From a virus: a stretch of DNA of 64,000 nt. Below the pieces are notes generated by a model. It worked only from the letters and a program-made list of their open reading frames with translations, was not told the origin of the DNA and made no database searches. Positions 27,735 to 37,525 of the stretch are shown one piece after another. Numbering within the stretch: position 1 is the first letter of the stretch; each line of letters begins with the position of its first letter. The stretch lies in the IMG/VR virus record IMGVR_UViG_3300009506_000005, positions 1-64,000 of that record. The stretch is one strand, 5' to 3'. A program made the position numbers and the translations under genes.

Positions 27735-28152
27735 GAGGTTGATGGAGAGGGGTCATGCCACCGGACTCCGCGACTTGTTCGGCAAGATGATCTGCTTCGG
27801 CGATCGCTTGCGCTTCCGTGGTAATGGTGGAGAGGTCTGGTCCTCGATAGTAATCTTCGAGGACGGCATGTTCACCGTGTCCTACCTGAGCAAGGACGTG
27901 ATCTGCGAGCAGAATCCGCGTGGCTGGGATCGTGAGCATGACTGGACGTCTTGCAGAATGTGGAGCACGAAGGTCGGCTACCCGGAGTACGGTACGGCGA
28001 ACAGCCCGCGCCGTCCGCTGACGCAGATCGCGGACTACTGGCTGGACGGCGAGTGGGAGGACTTCTACCAGAGGTACGGCTACTCTGGTGGCCGCATCAT
28101 CAAGGCTGAGATCGTGGACGAGAACGAGATGAAAGGAGAGGCAAATGGCTGA
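27727..28152 (+). CDS. YopX-like protein fragment
   Basis: TGLRDLFGKMICFGDRL resembles YopX TGLKDKNGKEIYEGDI. Confidence 0.55.
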   Translation: MPERLMERGHATGLRDLFGKMICFGDRLRFRGNGGEVWSSIVIFEDGMFTVSYLSKDVICEQNPRGWDREHDWTSCRMWSTKVGYPEYGTANSPRRPLTQIADYWLDGEWEDFYQRYGYSGGRIIKAEIVDENEMKGEANG

Positions 28153-29140
28153 GAGCGAGAAGGTTCAGAAGTTGGTGCGCCCGGTTCTGGTCACGCCGGA
28201 GAACCACGCCGAGTACGATGCGATCGGACCGGATGACAGGTTCTCGATGCAGTTCCGCGAGGCACTGGACGCGATGTTCAGCTTGAACAAGCATCTGGAT
28301 GATCGCCTGGCGCAGTTCACCAAGGCTCCGAGGGACTGGGGCGGTGGGTACGCCACGTGGCTGGAGTCGTTCGGCATCGCGCACGAGACGGAGAACGGGT
28401 GGTGGTCTCTGGCGGCGATCGACCCGGACAACATCGACGCCTTCGTGGAGATGCGCGAGGACGCGGTGTGGGGGCATCGCTGCGATCTGGCGCAGGACAT
28501 CCTCTCCGATGTGGCGAGGATGGGCGATTTCCGTGCGCGGGTGGATTCGGTGCGGGAGATCGTGAACCGTCTGTGCCCGATGATGAAGGCCGTGAATCCT
28601 GAGGACGTTCGCGAGGAGGACTTCCTGGAGGACGAGGATGACGGCGTCGTTGACGTGCGGCTTGGCCCACGCGAGGAAGACATTGTCGCGATGATTCCGT
28701 TCAAGGGAAACTCCGTGGGCTACATCCACTCCAAGATGGTCTGCTACAAGGACCAAGTCGGCATGGCGTTCGATGCGCTGCGCGATCTCGGGTTCGACAC
28801 GAGCAAGGGCCGTGACAACAACGAGCTGCGCGAGCTGCTCAAGAAGTTCGTGGCGAAGAAGTGCGAGGAGCTACAGGATCTCGACAATGAGGTTCTCAGG
28901 CTCAAGAGGCACAGCGCGTTTCTGGAGCGGCACGGCAAGAACATGTCCATCCTCTGCGACAGGGCCATGGAGTGGTGGGAGAGGATGACCGGAGGATCGC
29001 TAGTTGGGGTGACGTTGGATCCCCACAATCCAGGCGCTTTCCTCTCATGGGAAGCTATCCAGGAGAATGACCAGTTTCCCATCACCGACAAGGCGATCGG
29101 CGAGTGGGATGTGGAGAAGGCGTTGGAGGGACCGGAGTGA
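28145..29140 (+). CDS. Hypothetical protein
   Basis: SD AAAGGAG; coupled ORF. Confidence 0.55.
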   Translation: MAESEKVQKLVRPVLVTPENHAEYDAIGPDDRFSMQFREALDAMFSLNKHLDDRLAQFTKAPRDWGGGYATWLESFGIAHETENGWWSLAAIDPDNIDAFVEMREDAVWGHRCDLAQDILSDVARMGDFRARVDSVREIVNRLCPMMKAVNPEDVREEDFLEDEDDGVVDVRLGPREEDIVAMIPFKGNSVGYIHSKMVCYKDQVGMAFDALRDLGFDTSKGRDNNELRELLKKFVAKKCEELQDLDNEVLRLKRHSAFLERHGKNMSILCDRAMEWWERMTGGSLVGVTLDPHNPGAFLSWEAIQENDQFPITDKAIGEWDVEKALEGPE

Positions 29141-30300
29141 AGTGGGTCAACACAGATCAGTGGGTACCCATCAAGTCATGGTGCGAGGACATCGAAGACG
29201 GCGCGATGGAGCAAGCGAAGGATATGGCCAACCACCCGGCCGCGTTTCGGCATGTGGCAATCATGGCTGACGGACATCGGGGATACGGCGTACCGATCGG
29301 TGGGGTGATGGCCTGCACCGACGCCATCATTCCCTTCGCGGTTGGCTCTGACATCGGCTGCGGGATGGCCGCGGTGAAGACCACGGCCCGGGCCAGCGAT
29401 CTGACACCCGATCGGCTGCGTGAGATCATGGGCCACATCCGGGCGGCTGTGCCGATGGGCGTTGGCAATGCGCACACAGAGGATCAGCCATGGGTTGGGT
29501 TCGAGCGATTCCCGAAGAGTGTCGAGCACCTGATCCCGAACGCGCGCAAGCAGCTTGGCACCCTGGGCGCCGGCAACCACTTCATCGAGATCCAGGCTGA
29601 CGAGGATGATGGAGTGTGGTTGATGCTGCACTCCGGGTCGAGGAACCTTGGCTACAAGATCGCCGAGAGCTGGCACAAGAAGGCGGTCCAGCTCTGCGAG
29701 GCATGGCACTCAAACATCCCCTGCAAGGAGCTTACCTTCTTCCCGCTCCACTCCATAGAGGGTCACGGCTACAAAGAGGCGATGGACTTCGCGCTTGAGT
29801 ACGCCAAGGCAAACCGGCAGCTCATGCTCGGCAGGGTGATGATCGCCACAAGCCGCGTTCTCGACTGCACGTTCGAGGAGGAGATCAATATCCACCACAA
29901 CTACGCCGCGGTGGAGAACCACTATGGCAAGAACGTGGTGGTGCATCGGAAGGGCGCCACGTCCGCACGCAAGGGCGAGCTCGGGATCATCCCCGGCTCG
30001 ATGGGGACGGCGAGCTACATCGTGACCGGCCTCGGGAACCGGGAGTCGTTCGAGTCCTGTTCCCATGGAGCTGGCCGCGTCATGGGCCGGGCGCAGGCGT
30101 GCCGAGAACTCACCATGGAGGAATGCAACAAGACGATGGAGGGCATCATCTTCGGGCGCTGGGGCCAGGACAGGAGGGGGCGTGTGGACCTGTCTGAGGC
30201 GCCACAGGCCTACAAGAACATCGACCAGGTCATCGCCTCCCAGGACGATCTCGTTGAGGTGGTGGTGAAGCTGCGGCCGTTGGCTGCGATGAAGGGGTGA
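29137..30300 (+). CDS. rtcB: RtcB RNA 2',3'-cyclic phosphate/5'-OH ligase
   Basis: GSDIGCGM, GTLGAGNHFIE, HSGSR, HHNY, HRKGAT, IPGSMG, SCSHGAGR, EAPQAYK. Confidence 0.96.
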   Translation: MKWVNTDQWVPIKSWCEDIEDGAMEQAKDMANHPAAFRHVAIMADGHRGYGVPIGGVMACTDAIIPFAVGSDIGCGMAAVKTTARASDLTPDRLREIMGHIRAAVPMGVGNAHTEDQPWVGFERFPKSVEHLIPNARKQLGTLGAGNHFIEIQADEDDGVWLMLHSGSRNLGYKIAESWHKKAVQLCEAWHSNIPCKELTFFPLHSIEGHGYKEAMDFALEYAKANRQLMLGRVMIATSRVLDCTFEEEINIHHNYAAVENHYGKNVVVHRKGATSARKGELGIIPGSMGTASYIVTGLGNRESFESCSHGAGRVMGRAQACRELTMEECNKTMEGIIFGRWGQDRRGRVDLSEAPQAYKNIDQVIASQDDLVEVVVKLRPLAAMKG

Positions 30301-30303
30301 CCA

Positions 30304-30513
30304 ATGGCTGAGAAGGAAAATAAGCAGCGCCTCCAGTTCGACTTCACGGATGAAATGGTGGAGCGCATTGACCGGTGCAAGGACAGGATGGAGGATGGTT
30401 CCAGGGCAGAGGTCGTGCGCCGAGCACTTGCTCTCATGCAGCTCTGTCTCGATGAGGAACTGCTCACCAAGGACCCGGAGGATGGGGTGATCCGCAAGGT
30501 GAAGATGATTTAG
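30304..30513 (+). CDS. Ribbon-helix-helix DNA-binding protein
   Basis: RLQFDF..ERID..SRAEVVRRAL. Confidence 0.75.
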   Translation: MAEKENKQRLQFDFTDEMVERIDRCKDRMEDGSRAEVVRRALALMQLCLDEELLTKDPEDGVIRKVKMI

Positions 30514-30526
30514 AGTGGAGGGTGGC

Positions 30527-30724
30527 ATGATCAAGAAGCTGATCCCATGGATATTCACTGCCAGCCTCGCCGCCCTGGCGTCGTACCCGGCCAGCTACTC
30601 AGAGTCGTTCTTCCGGTGGGTTGCCCTGTGGTGCCTCGTGGTGATCGCCTGGGACACCACCCTGGCCAAGCGCGTTTCCGAGCACGGGAAGAAGGACAGA
30701 ACGGAAGCGGGATCCGGTGGCTAA
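30527..30724 (+). CDS. Small membrane protein
   Basis: Two hydrophobic segments. Confidence 0.45.
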   Translation: MIKKLIPWIFTASLAALASYPASYSESFFRWVALWCLVVIAWDTTLAKRVSEHGKKDRTEAGSGG

Positions 30725-31592
30725 ACCTCTTTCACATGGCGAGCTCAAGGCCTCGCTCCACAACCGCTACAAGGAATCGCACTGGATTCTTCTGGAGGAG
30801 GTGCGGGATGCGTCCGGCTTCGATGGGCTTCGCTCGATCGATGCCGTGGCCTTCGGGCTCTACTCTAGCCGCGGCTATGAGGTTCACGCCTTCGAGTGCA
30901 AGGCGCAGCGCTCGGACTGGTTGAAGGAGCTGCGCTCTCCGCAGAAGGCTGACGAGTTCGCGCGAATCGTGGACAAGTTCTGGATCGTCGCCAACAAGGG
31001 CGTGGTGAAGAAAAAGGAGGTGCCGAGCGAGTGGGGCTTGATCATAGCATCTCGCCATGGCGACGGGTATCGCCTGCATATCAGCGTCCAGGCCATCGCG
31101 CCCCGGGGTGAACGTCCGCTGCCCCGCGCCTTCGTCGCCTCGATGCTCACCCGCATGAAAAAGAAGCTGGAGCTGTATCGCCGCGATGCCATCATGAGAT
31201 CGGAGCTACAAGCGGAGTTCAAGGAGAGGTACGACCGTGGCTACCGTGCCGCCGAGTTGGAGTCTGGCCGCTATGTTGAGCGGTACGAGAAGCTGGAGCA
31301 AGTCGTACAGGAATTCCAGGAGGCGAGCGGAGTCCACATCTCTCAGTACACGGACGGTAAGAAGCTCGGGGCGTTCGTCGCGCTGTGCAAGCGGCTGGAA
31401 TCAGAGAAGGGATGGGACGGATTTCTCGACAGGGTGAAGAAGATGTCAACCGGACTGCGCGAGATCACGGACAAGTATCTTTCCATGGTGAGGGAACTCG
31501 ATGCAGAGAGGGCGGCGTTGCTTCGGCAATTAGAGCCGGACAGTCAGCTGAAAGGAGATTCCGATGAGCAAGCTACTGGGATGGAAGACTGA
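30717..31592 (+). CDS. MmcB-like PD-(D/E)XK protein
   Basis: EEV..RSIDAVA..HAFECKAQRSDWLKEL..PQKA..FWIV..EVPSEWGL. Confidence 0.75.
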   Translation: MAKPLSHGELKASLHNRYKESHWILLEEVRDASGFDGLRSIDAVAFGLYSSRGYEVHAFECKAQRSDWLKELRSPQKADEFARIVDKFWIVANKGVVKKKEVPSEWGLIIASRHGDGYRLHISVQAIAPRGERPLPRAFVASMLTRMKKKLELYRRDAIMRSELQAEFKERYDRGYRAAELESGRYVERYEKLEQVVQEFQEASGVHISQYTDGKKLGAFVALCKRLESEKGWDGFLDRVKKMSTGLREITDKYLSMVRELDAERAALLRQLEPDSQLKGDSDEQATGMED

Positions 31593-31824
31593 GGGATCCG
31601 CGAAGAAGAAGATCCCGTTCTTCGTCGATGTCTACCCGCTGAACAACAGCGAGGACGAGCCGGTGATCTCAGCGTGGCCAATAACGACGCTCACGCAGCA
31701 CGTGCCGGAGTTGAGCAAGGGATGTATCCGCTACAGGGTGGAACTGGAGTTGGACATCCCCCTCGCCACGGAGGAGATCTACGCAGGCGTGGTGGATGGC
31801 AAGCCGGTGGAGGTTGGCGAGTGA
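31564..31824 (+). CDS. Hypothetical protein
   Basis: SD AAAGGAG; coupled. Confidence 0.5.
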   Translation: MSKLLGWKTEGSAKKKIPFFVDVYPLNNSEDEPVISAWPITTLTQHVPELSKGCIRYRVELELDIPLATEEIYAGVVDGKPVEVGE

Positions 31825-32408
31825 AGGACCCCAACGCTGGCCGCTACTCCAAGATCTACGGCGAGGAATTCCGCCTCGCTGCGGACGTCCTGAAGGACGA
31901 GGGTGGTGAGCTTGCTTGGTCCGAGCACGACTGGCAAGCGTTCACCTATAAGGCCGATGATGTGTGCCTCATCTTCTATCCGCACAAGACGAGCGCCGGG
32001 AACTACCACCTTCGGATCAGGGATCAGCACTCCAAGAACAGGGAGCGCGCGATGGCGCTCATCAACAAGCTGGAGACGGCGGCGGGAAACAACTGCACCT
32101 TCCAGGCGAAGCACCACATCGCGAAGGTGGGGCAGCTTCGTCACCAACACGGACGCGGCGAGTATCCGCGTGTTCGCAGGAACGTGCTTGAGCGATTTCG
32201 TGGCGGGCGGCGCCGGCGCGGCAGAAAGACATGCTCTCGATGCGGCGAGAGGACCGAACGCTGGATTCGGATCGAGTTCGGTTGGAGCCGCGGTGATGAC
32301 AAGCGCTTGAAGGTGTGCGGTCCCTGCCAGGACGAGCTCGACGACCCCGAACTGCTCGCGCTCTATGAGGAGGACCGCGAGCGGATACGAGAGGAGCAGG
32401 TGAGATGA
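31821..32408 (+). CDS. Hypothetical protein with C-terminal Zn finger
   Basis: CSRC..CGPC; GTGA overlap. Confidence 0.5.
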   Translation: MKDPNAGRYSKIYGEEFRLAADVLKDEGGELAWSEHDWQAFTYKADDVCLIFYPHKTSAGNYHLRIRDQHSKNRERAMALINKLETAAGNNCTFQAKHHIAKVGQLRHQHGRGEYPRVRRNVLERFRGGRRRRGRKTCSRCGERTERWIRIEFGWSRGDDKRLKVCGPCQDELDDPELLALYEEDRERIREEQVR

Positions 32409-32602
32409 GCGATCGGTGGATCAACGACTGGGAGGAGGGCACTCCCTACGGGTCGCCGAAGGACCAGGCGCTCTGGTTTCTCGGCGCCCTGTTCGCCGTG
32501 ATCTTCGGCGTCCTCGTGATCGGCGGCTCGTTCCTGATCGAGTCCTGCGTTTTCTACAACGTGGGAAAGGCCGTCTCTGAATTCGGCAGCACGGAGGAGT
32601 GA
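32405..32602 (+). CDS. Small membrane protein
   Basis: One TM helix; ATGA overlap. Confidence 0.5.
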   Translation: MSDRWINDWEEGTPYGSPKDQALWFLGALFAVIFGVLVIGGSFLIESCVFYNVGKAVSEFGSTEE

Positions 32603-32700
32603 CAGCTACAACTTGAGGGCGCCCTTCGACATTGGGTCGAGCTGCGGGAAATAACGTAACGCAACCATGGGCGCCCACCTACTGAACCGGCGGTGATAGA

Positions 32701-34095
32701 GTGGGGCAGAGACAACGAGAGGAACGCATCCCTCCGCACAACATGGAAGCCGAGACCGCTGTGCTCGGTGCCGTGCTACTGAGCGAGGATGCCCTTGCGC
32801 AGATCGAGCACTGGATTGGACCAGGTGATTTCTACACCGGTCAGCATCGCGCGATCTTCAAAGCAATGATCGCCGTGCGTGACTCCGGTGCGGCAATCGA
32901 CGTGGTGACTGTGGGGAACCGTCTTCAGTCTGACGGGCAACTGGAGAAGATCGGTGGCGCGATCGCGCTCTCAAAGCTGCTCGACAGCGTGGCCACGATT
33001 GCGAACGCTGAGCACTACGCGAAGATCGTGGCCGAGCTCTCGGCTACGCGCCGTGTCATCTACGCCGCCATGGAGATAGCCGCCCAGGGATTCGCGCAGA
33101 CCTGGGATGCCGAGGACTTCGTCATCGAGGCGCAGAACCAGATCGTCTCGGCGGCCTCGGCGTTTGAGCAACGCGGCGATGGCGTGCAGATGATCGGTGA
33201 CAATATCGATCGCACGGTGGAGATCGCGGTCAATGGCAAAGAGCCAAGAGGGGTTGTGCGCTCGCATATCGCGGCAATCGACCGTCAGTTCGGTGGCCTG
33301 TACCCAGGGGAGCTAACGGTTCTTGGGGCGAGGCCGAGTGTTGGCAAGAGCTGCCTCGCGCTCAACATATCCCTCAACGCTGCGCGGAACGGGAAGCGCG
33401 TGCTCTACTTCACGCTAGAGGATGGGACTGAGAACTTCCGGCAGCGCGCCCTTGCGGCATATTCTCAAATCTCATTTTCCCGGATCAGACACAACGCCGT
33501 TGGCCAGGCGGACAGATTAAAACGCGCGGCAGACAGCCTTCGAAATCTTCCATTCGGGATCGTTGAGACTGCGGGACTGTCGTCATCTCAGATACACGCC
33601 AAGGCCGTCGCCCATCGCGCGAAGATGGGTGGGCTCGACCTGGTTGTCATCGATCACCTGCGCCGCGTGAAGGACAAGGGCCGCGATCGGTATGACAAGA
33701 CCAGTAACGCGGTGGAGCGGTTTGCGGACATGGCGAAGGACATGTGGATACCAGTCCTCCTCCTGGCCCAGTTGAACCGCGGAGTGGAGAACCGCGATGA
33801 CAAGCGTCCGCGCATGTCGGACTTCCGGGAGTCTGGAACCATCGAGGAGGATGCTCGGGCGGTGTGGTTCCTGTACCGAGAGCACTTCTACGACAAGGGT
33901 GCGAACAAGAACGAGGCCGAACTCATCGCATCCAAGGTGAGCCAGGGAGCGCCAGGGGTCGTCCGAATTTGGTGCGAGCTGGAGACCATGCGCTTCGCAG
34001 ACTGGGGAGGCGACGGACAGGCCGATCCATACCACGGAGAAACCCGCGAGCTGTTCGAAAACGAGCAGGGCGATGGGAAAGGGGAAGTATATTGA
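32701..34095 (+). CDS. dnaB: Replicative DnaB-like helicase
   Basis: PPHNMEAE.AVLG N-domain; GARPSVGKS; LAQLNR..RPRMSDFRESGTIE. Confidence 0.93.
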   Translation: MGQRQREERIPPHNMEAETAVLGAVLLSEDALAQIEHWIGPGDFYTGQHRAIFKAMIAVRDSGAAIDVVTVGNRLQSDGQLEKIGGAIALSKLLDSVATIANAEHYAKIVAELSATRRVIYAAMEIAAQGFAQTWDAEDFVIEAQNQIVSAASAFEQRGDGVQMIGDNIDRTVEIAVNGKEPRGVVRSHIAAIDRQFGGLYPGELTVLGARPSVGKSCLALNISLNAARNGKRVLYFTLEDGTENFRQRALAAYSQISFSRIRHNAVGQADRLKRAADSLRNLPFGIVETAGLSSSQIHAKAVAHRAKMGGLDLVVIDHLRRVKDKGRDRYDKTSNAVERFADMAKDMWIPVLLLAQLNRGVENRDDKRPRMSDFRESGTIEEDARAVWFLYREHFYDKGANKNEAELIASKVSQGAPGVVRIWCELETMRFADWGGDGQADPYHGETRELFENEQGDGKGEVY

Positions 34096-35372
34096 GCGCT
34101 CAAAAGAAGGTGAAGGAAGGTGAAGACCGGGCCACAGTCCTGGTCTGCCAGTGCAGATCACTGGAGTTCGAGGTTGCGAAGGTTCGAAAGAAGTCCATCG
34201 ACCTCAAGTGCTCGCAGTGTGGACTACCTGCCAGCGTGAAGGCGGCCGGGGTCAACTCCGCTCCATTCCCTCGCGAGAGTGTGACGGTGACGTCCAGGCG
34301 AGGAGTCACAACCCCAGGGGACCAGAAGGCAGCTACCAAGTCGAAGGCGAAGAAGAGGAAGAATGGTGGCGCTGAGCCGGAGAAGAAGACGCTGGCCGAG
34401 CGCGGCATGAAGACCTTCCGCTTCCTCGTGACAGAGGAGCAGGCCGAGACGGTGAACCGAGCCTTTGAGGCGATCCGCTTGCTGAACCTGCGCGATGAGC
34501 GCTTCCGCGCGCAGACCTACCAGGCTCACGCCATCGAGTACATGGCTGCGGACTTCCTCGGTGGTGTGCCGCCGATCATCCTCTCCATGATTGATGCTTC
34601 CGATGAGCTGATCCAAGAGCAGATCGCGCAAGCGGAGAAGGAGGGCAAGCCGTTCTCCGTCTGGAAGATCCGCAGGCTGCGATCCGAGGCGCGTGACGAT
34701 ATGTTCGAAAAGATCGCCGAGTACAACGAGACCGGGGAGATCGGCGAGGAAGAGGAGCAGGAAGTAGAAGAGACCGAGCCGGTTCAAGACGCAGAGCCGG
34801 ACGAGGATCCTGGCGAGGAGGAAGGTGGGGAAGAGGAAGAGGACGAGGACGACGATGGCACGTTTGCCAGGCCGGTAGAGATAGAGCTGGAGGATGACGC
34901 AGAGGATGATGCCGGCGCCGAAGAGGAGCCAGATGGCGAAAGTGAAGAGGTAGCGCCTGTTGACATCGAAGAATTCGATGGGGTTGCGCAAGTCGATGAG
35001 AAGGACGATGAGGACAGCGGATACATCGACGATGATGGGCGTCTCTACGATGCTGTGGTCTCTGCCTTCCAGGCCGGAGCCATTGGTGGCTACTACGTGC
35101 TCGCTGGGGAGGACGCCTTTGTCAAGGTGCGCGAGCGATGGAACAAGGCCGGTGGGCACTTCCTGAAAGTGATCGGAGATCCATCGACGCTGGACCAGGA
35201 CGGTGAGCGCCCAATCGTTTTCGTCTGGATGGAGGGGGACGAGGACGTGAGTGTTGAGGACAACTACAGGGAGAGGTTCCCTGGACTTGAGGTGACGGTG
35301 ATAGAATTGGTGGACCAGGGAGATCCACCGTGGGAACCGCCGACAATCTCAGACACGAGGATGAAGATATGA
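34092..35372 (+). CDS. Zn-ribbon + RHH-like protein with a long acidic tract
   Basis: CQC..CSQC; KTFRFLVTEEQAETV; ~100-aa D/E-rich segment; TTG start overlapping dnaB stop. Confidence 0.55.
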   Translation: MSAQKKVKEGEDRATVLVCQCRSLEFEVAKVRKKSIDLKCSQCGLPASVKAAGVNSAPFPRESVTVTSRRGVTTPGDQKAATKSKAKKRKNGGAEPEKKTLAERGMKTFRFLVTEEQAETVNRAFEAIRLLNLRDERFRAQTYQAHAIEYMAADFLGGVPPIILSMIDASDELIQEQIAQAEKEGKPFSVWKIRRLRSEARDDMFEKIAEYNETGEIGEEEEQEVEETEPVQDAEPDEDPGEEEGGEEEEDEDDDGTFARPVEIELEDDAEDDAGAEEEPDGESEEVAPVDIEEFDGVAQVDEKDDEDSGYIDDDGRLYDAVVSAFQAGAIGGYYVLAGEDAFVKVRERWNKAGGHFLKVIGDPSTLDQDGERPIVFVWMEGDEDVSVEDNYRERFPGLEVTVIELVDQGDPPWEPPTISDTRMKI

Positions 35373-35743
35373 ACAAGGCCAAAGCAGCGAATCCCGAGCA
35401 GGAGCGGAAGACAGACGGAATCGGCGGTGAGCCGATGCCGATGCCGGAGACTGACAAGATCATCGCCAAGGCCACGCAGAGGGAGCTGGACCGCCTGGAG
35501 AACATGGCCATGGTATCGGATGACCCGCGTGTATCGGCCGCCTGCATCGAGTCCGCAGGGCGTCTCAAGGCGTACTGCGCCGCGCTCGCGGCAGAGACGG
35601 ACATCCGGATCATCGGTGCGATGCGGTCCGTCATGGCCATCGACGCCATGAAGCTGCGTGCCGGGGCTCAGGCCGCACAGACAGTGGCCAAGGCCCGGGC
35701 CGAGCTCGGGCTCGATCAGCCGCCTGAGCCGAGCTCGAAGTAG
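35369..35743 (+). CDS. Hypothetical protein
   Basis: ATGA overlap; helical. Confidence 0.5.
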   Translation: MNKAKAANPEQERKTDGIGGEPMPMPETDKIIAKATQRELDRLENMAMVSDDPRVSAACIESAGRLKAYCAALAAETDIRIIGAMRSVMAIDAMKLRAGAQAAQTVAKARAELGLDQPPEPSSK

Positions 35744-35774
35744 CCCTGTGATACAATCTGCGCGGAGGTGAAAC

Positions 35775-36608
35775 ATGGAAGACAGAGTTTCTCTGACCGG
35801 GAATCCGTTCGAGCAGGACAACGCATTCGTGCTCAACGGAGTTCTCTACGACATCGGGGCCAGATGCGTGAAGTGGAAAGAGGACATCGGGATGAACGCC
35901 TATGACCGCTCGCGCAAAGTGATCGAGGACGAAGACCGCAGGACGGGGAGCGTCTCGAAGCGGGTGATCAAGGGAACCAGGTACTCCAAGAGGCGCGGCG
36001 GGATCTCGGCGATTACCCAGCTCTTCATCCACCATACCGGAGGACCGCTGCCTCGCCGTGCCTTCGATACGCTGCACAACCAGCGCGGGCTCTCCGTGCA
36101 CTTCATCCTCTCGGACAAGGGCGTGCTCTTCCAGACGCTGGACGCGATCGAGAAGGCGTGGCACGCCGGGCGCCACAACAACTGCTCCATCGGCGTGGAG
36201 TGCTGCCTGTACCCCGATGCCGAGCGTCGCCCGAATTACTACTCGCCGGAGAGGTGTGATCGGCTTGACCTCACCCCGCACGTCAAGATGGTGGATGAGA
36301 TCCACGGACGGAAGTGGGAGGTGTACGCGATCACAGAGGTGCAGCTCGATGCATTGTCTCGCCTCTTCGCCGGGCTGTGGCGCGCGCTCAAGTTGCAGGG
36401 GGTAGATGTGCCCCCAGGTCCACCGAAGTTTTTCAGGGGAATCGATGACGCGATTCCACACACCGTGATCGACAACCCGCGCGGCTATGTGGGAATGATC
36501 GGACACCTCCAGGCAACGCGCAGGAAGGTGGACCCCGCAGGCTTCCCGTGGGACGCGTTCGAGGAGCAGGTGGCGGATCGCTTCGCCGAGTTCTTGAGGG
36601 CTGCGTGA
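35775..36608 (+). CDS. N-acetylmuramoyl-L-alanine amidase (endolysin, Amidase_2)
   Basis: FIHHT, LSVHFIL, AWHAG..NNCSIGVE, IGH..KVDP; upstream TGATACAAT and SD GGAGGTG. Confidence 0.9.
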   Translation: MEDRVSLTGNPFEQDNAFVLNGVLYDIGARCVKWKEDIGMNAYDRSRKVIEDEDRRTGSVSKRVIKGTRYSKRRGGISAITQLFIHHTGGPLPRRAFDTLHNQRGLSVHFILSDKGVLFQTLDAIEKAWHAGRHNNCSIGVECCLYPDAERRPNYYSPERCDRLDLTPHVKMVDEIHGRKWEVYAITEVQLDALSRLFAGLWRALKLQGVDVPPGPPKFFRGIDDAIPHTVIDNPRGYVGMIGHLQATRRKVDPAGFPWDAFEEQVADRFAEFLRAA

Positions 36609-37525
36609 TGCGACGCCTGCCTTTCTTCGTGCTCGCGGCCGGCATCCTGATCTTCGCGCTGGGAAGTTCCATGTCCCGCGTGCTCATTGACGAAGGGTCA
36701 GAGCAGGATTTTCCCATCTGCGAGTACGCAGAGCCGCTTGACATCGATCCGCTTCCGGTGACGGAGTTGGACGACTCGGAACTACACGCCAGTGCGCCGA
36801 GGCAAGATGGGTTCCCCAGCATCGAGCAGCTCAAGCTCATCGGCCGCATGGCTCGGGGGGTGATCCGAGTTGCGCACCACAAGGGCGGCGGGAAGTGGTG
36901 GGAGTGCGGAACGGCATACTCCGAGGAAGAGGAGCAGGACGCTGCACTGGATTGGGCGTACAGGATTGTCTTCCTATCCTGGGAGTACTCGGACGTCGGA
37001 ACTGACGGTGGATTCATCATGGAGCCGTGGGGTGTCTTCGGTACCGCGGCGAATGAGTGTGGCTTCGATCGCTGCGCTCTCGGGCTCTACCCGAGGAAGT
37101 GGGCGTACCAGGAGGGCATCATCAAGAAGCGGCGCCGTTGCATATCGCACACGGCTGAGGAGATTTCTCGTGCGGTGATGTCGGAGGATGGTCTTGAGCA
37201 GTGGAGAAGTACGGGAATCGATTCTGGCCCGCTTCATGAGCTCTGGCTGTGCCGGGACTCTGGATGCAAGCCGAAGTACAACATCTCTCTTCCGCGCATC
37301 CCGTTCTCCGAGGTCATGTCGCTAGGAAAGGGATTCGAGTACAACGTGCGCCAGATGCGAAAGCGCGCTGATAGGAATAGTACGAACAGGCCGTGGCGAT
37401 GGTGGAGGGGGAGCGAGACCCATTGGTACGATGAGAAGATCGTCCGCTGGGCGCGCATGGGTGGCGCGTCCCTAGAGGAGATAGGTCCGGCTGGCCCGGG
37501 CCAGAGAAAGGACGGAAGACGATGA
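36608..37525 (+). CDS. Signal-anchored protein with possible lytic transglycosylase (SLT-like) domain
   Basis: N-terminal hydrophobic helix; AANECGFDRCA and DSGPLHE resemble SLT motifs I and II. Confidence 0.45.
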   Translation: MRRLPFFVLAAGILIFALGSSMSRVLIDEGSEQDFPICEYAEPLDIDPLPVTELDDSELHASAPRQDGFPSIEQLKLIGRMARGVIRVAHHKGGGKWWECGTAYSEEEEQDAALDWAYRIVFLSWEYSDVGTDGGFIMEPWGVFGTAANECGFDRCALGLYPRKWAYQEGIIKKRRRCISHTAEEISRAVMSEDGLEQWRSTGIDSGPLHELWLCRDSGCKPKYNISLPRIPFSEVMSLGKGFEYNVRQMRKRADRNSTNRPWRWWRGSETHWYDEKIVRWARMGGASLEEIGPAGPGQRKDGRR

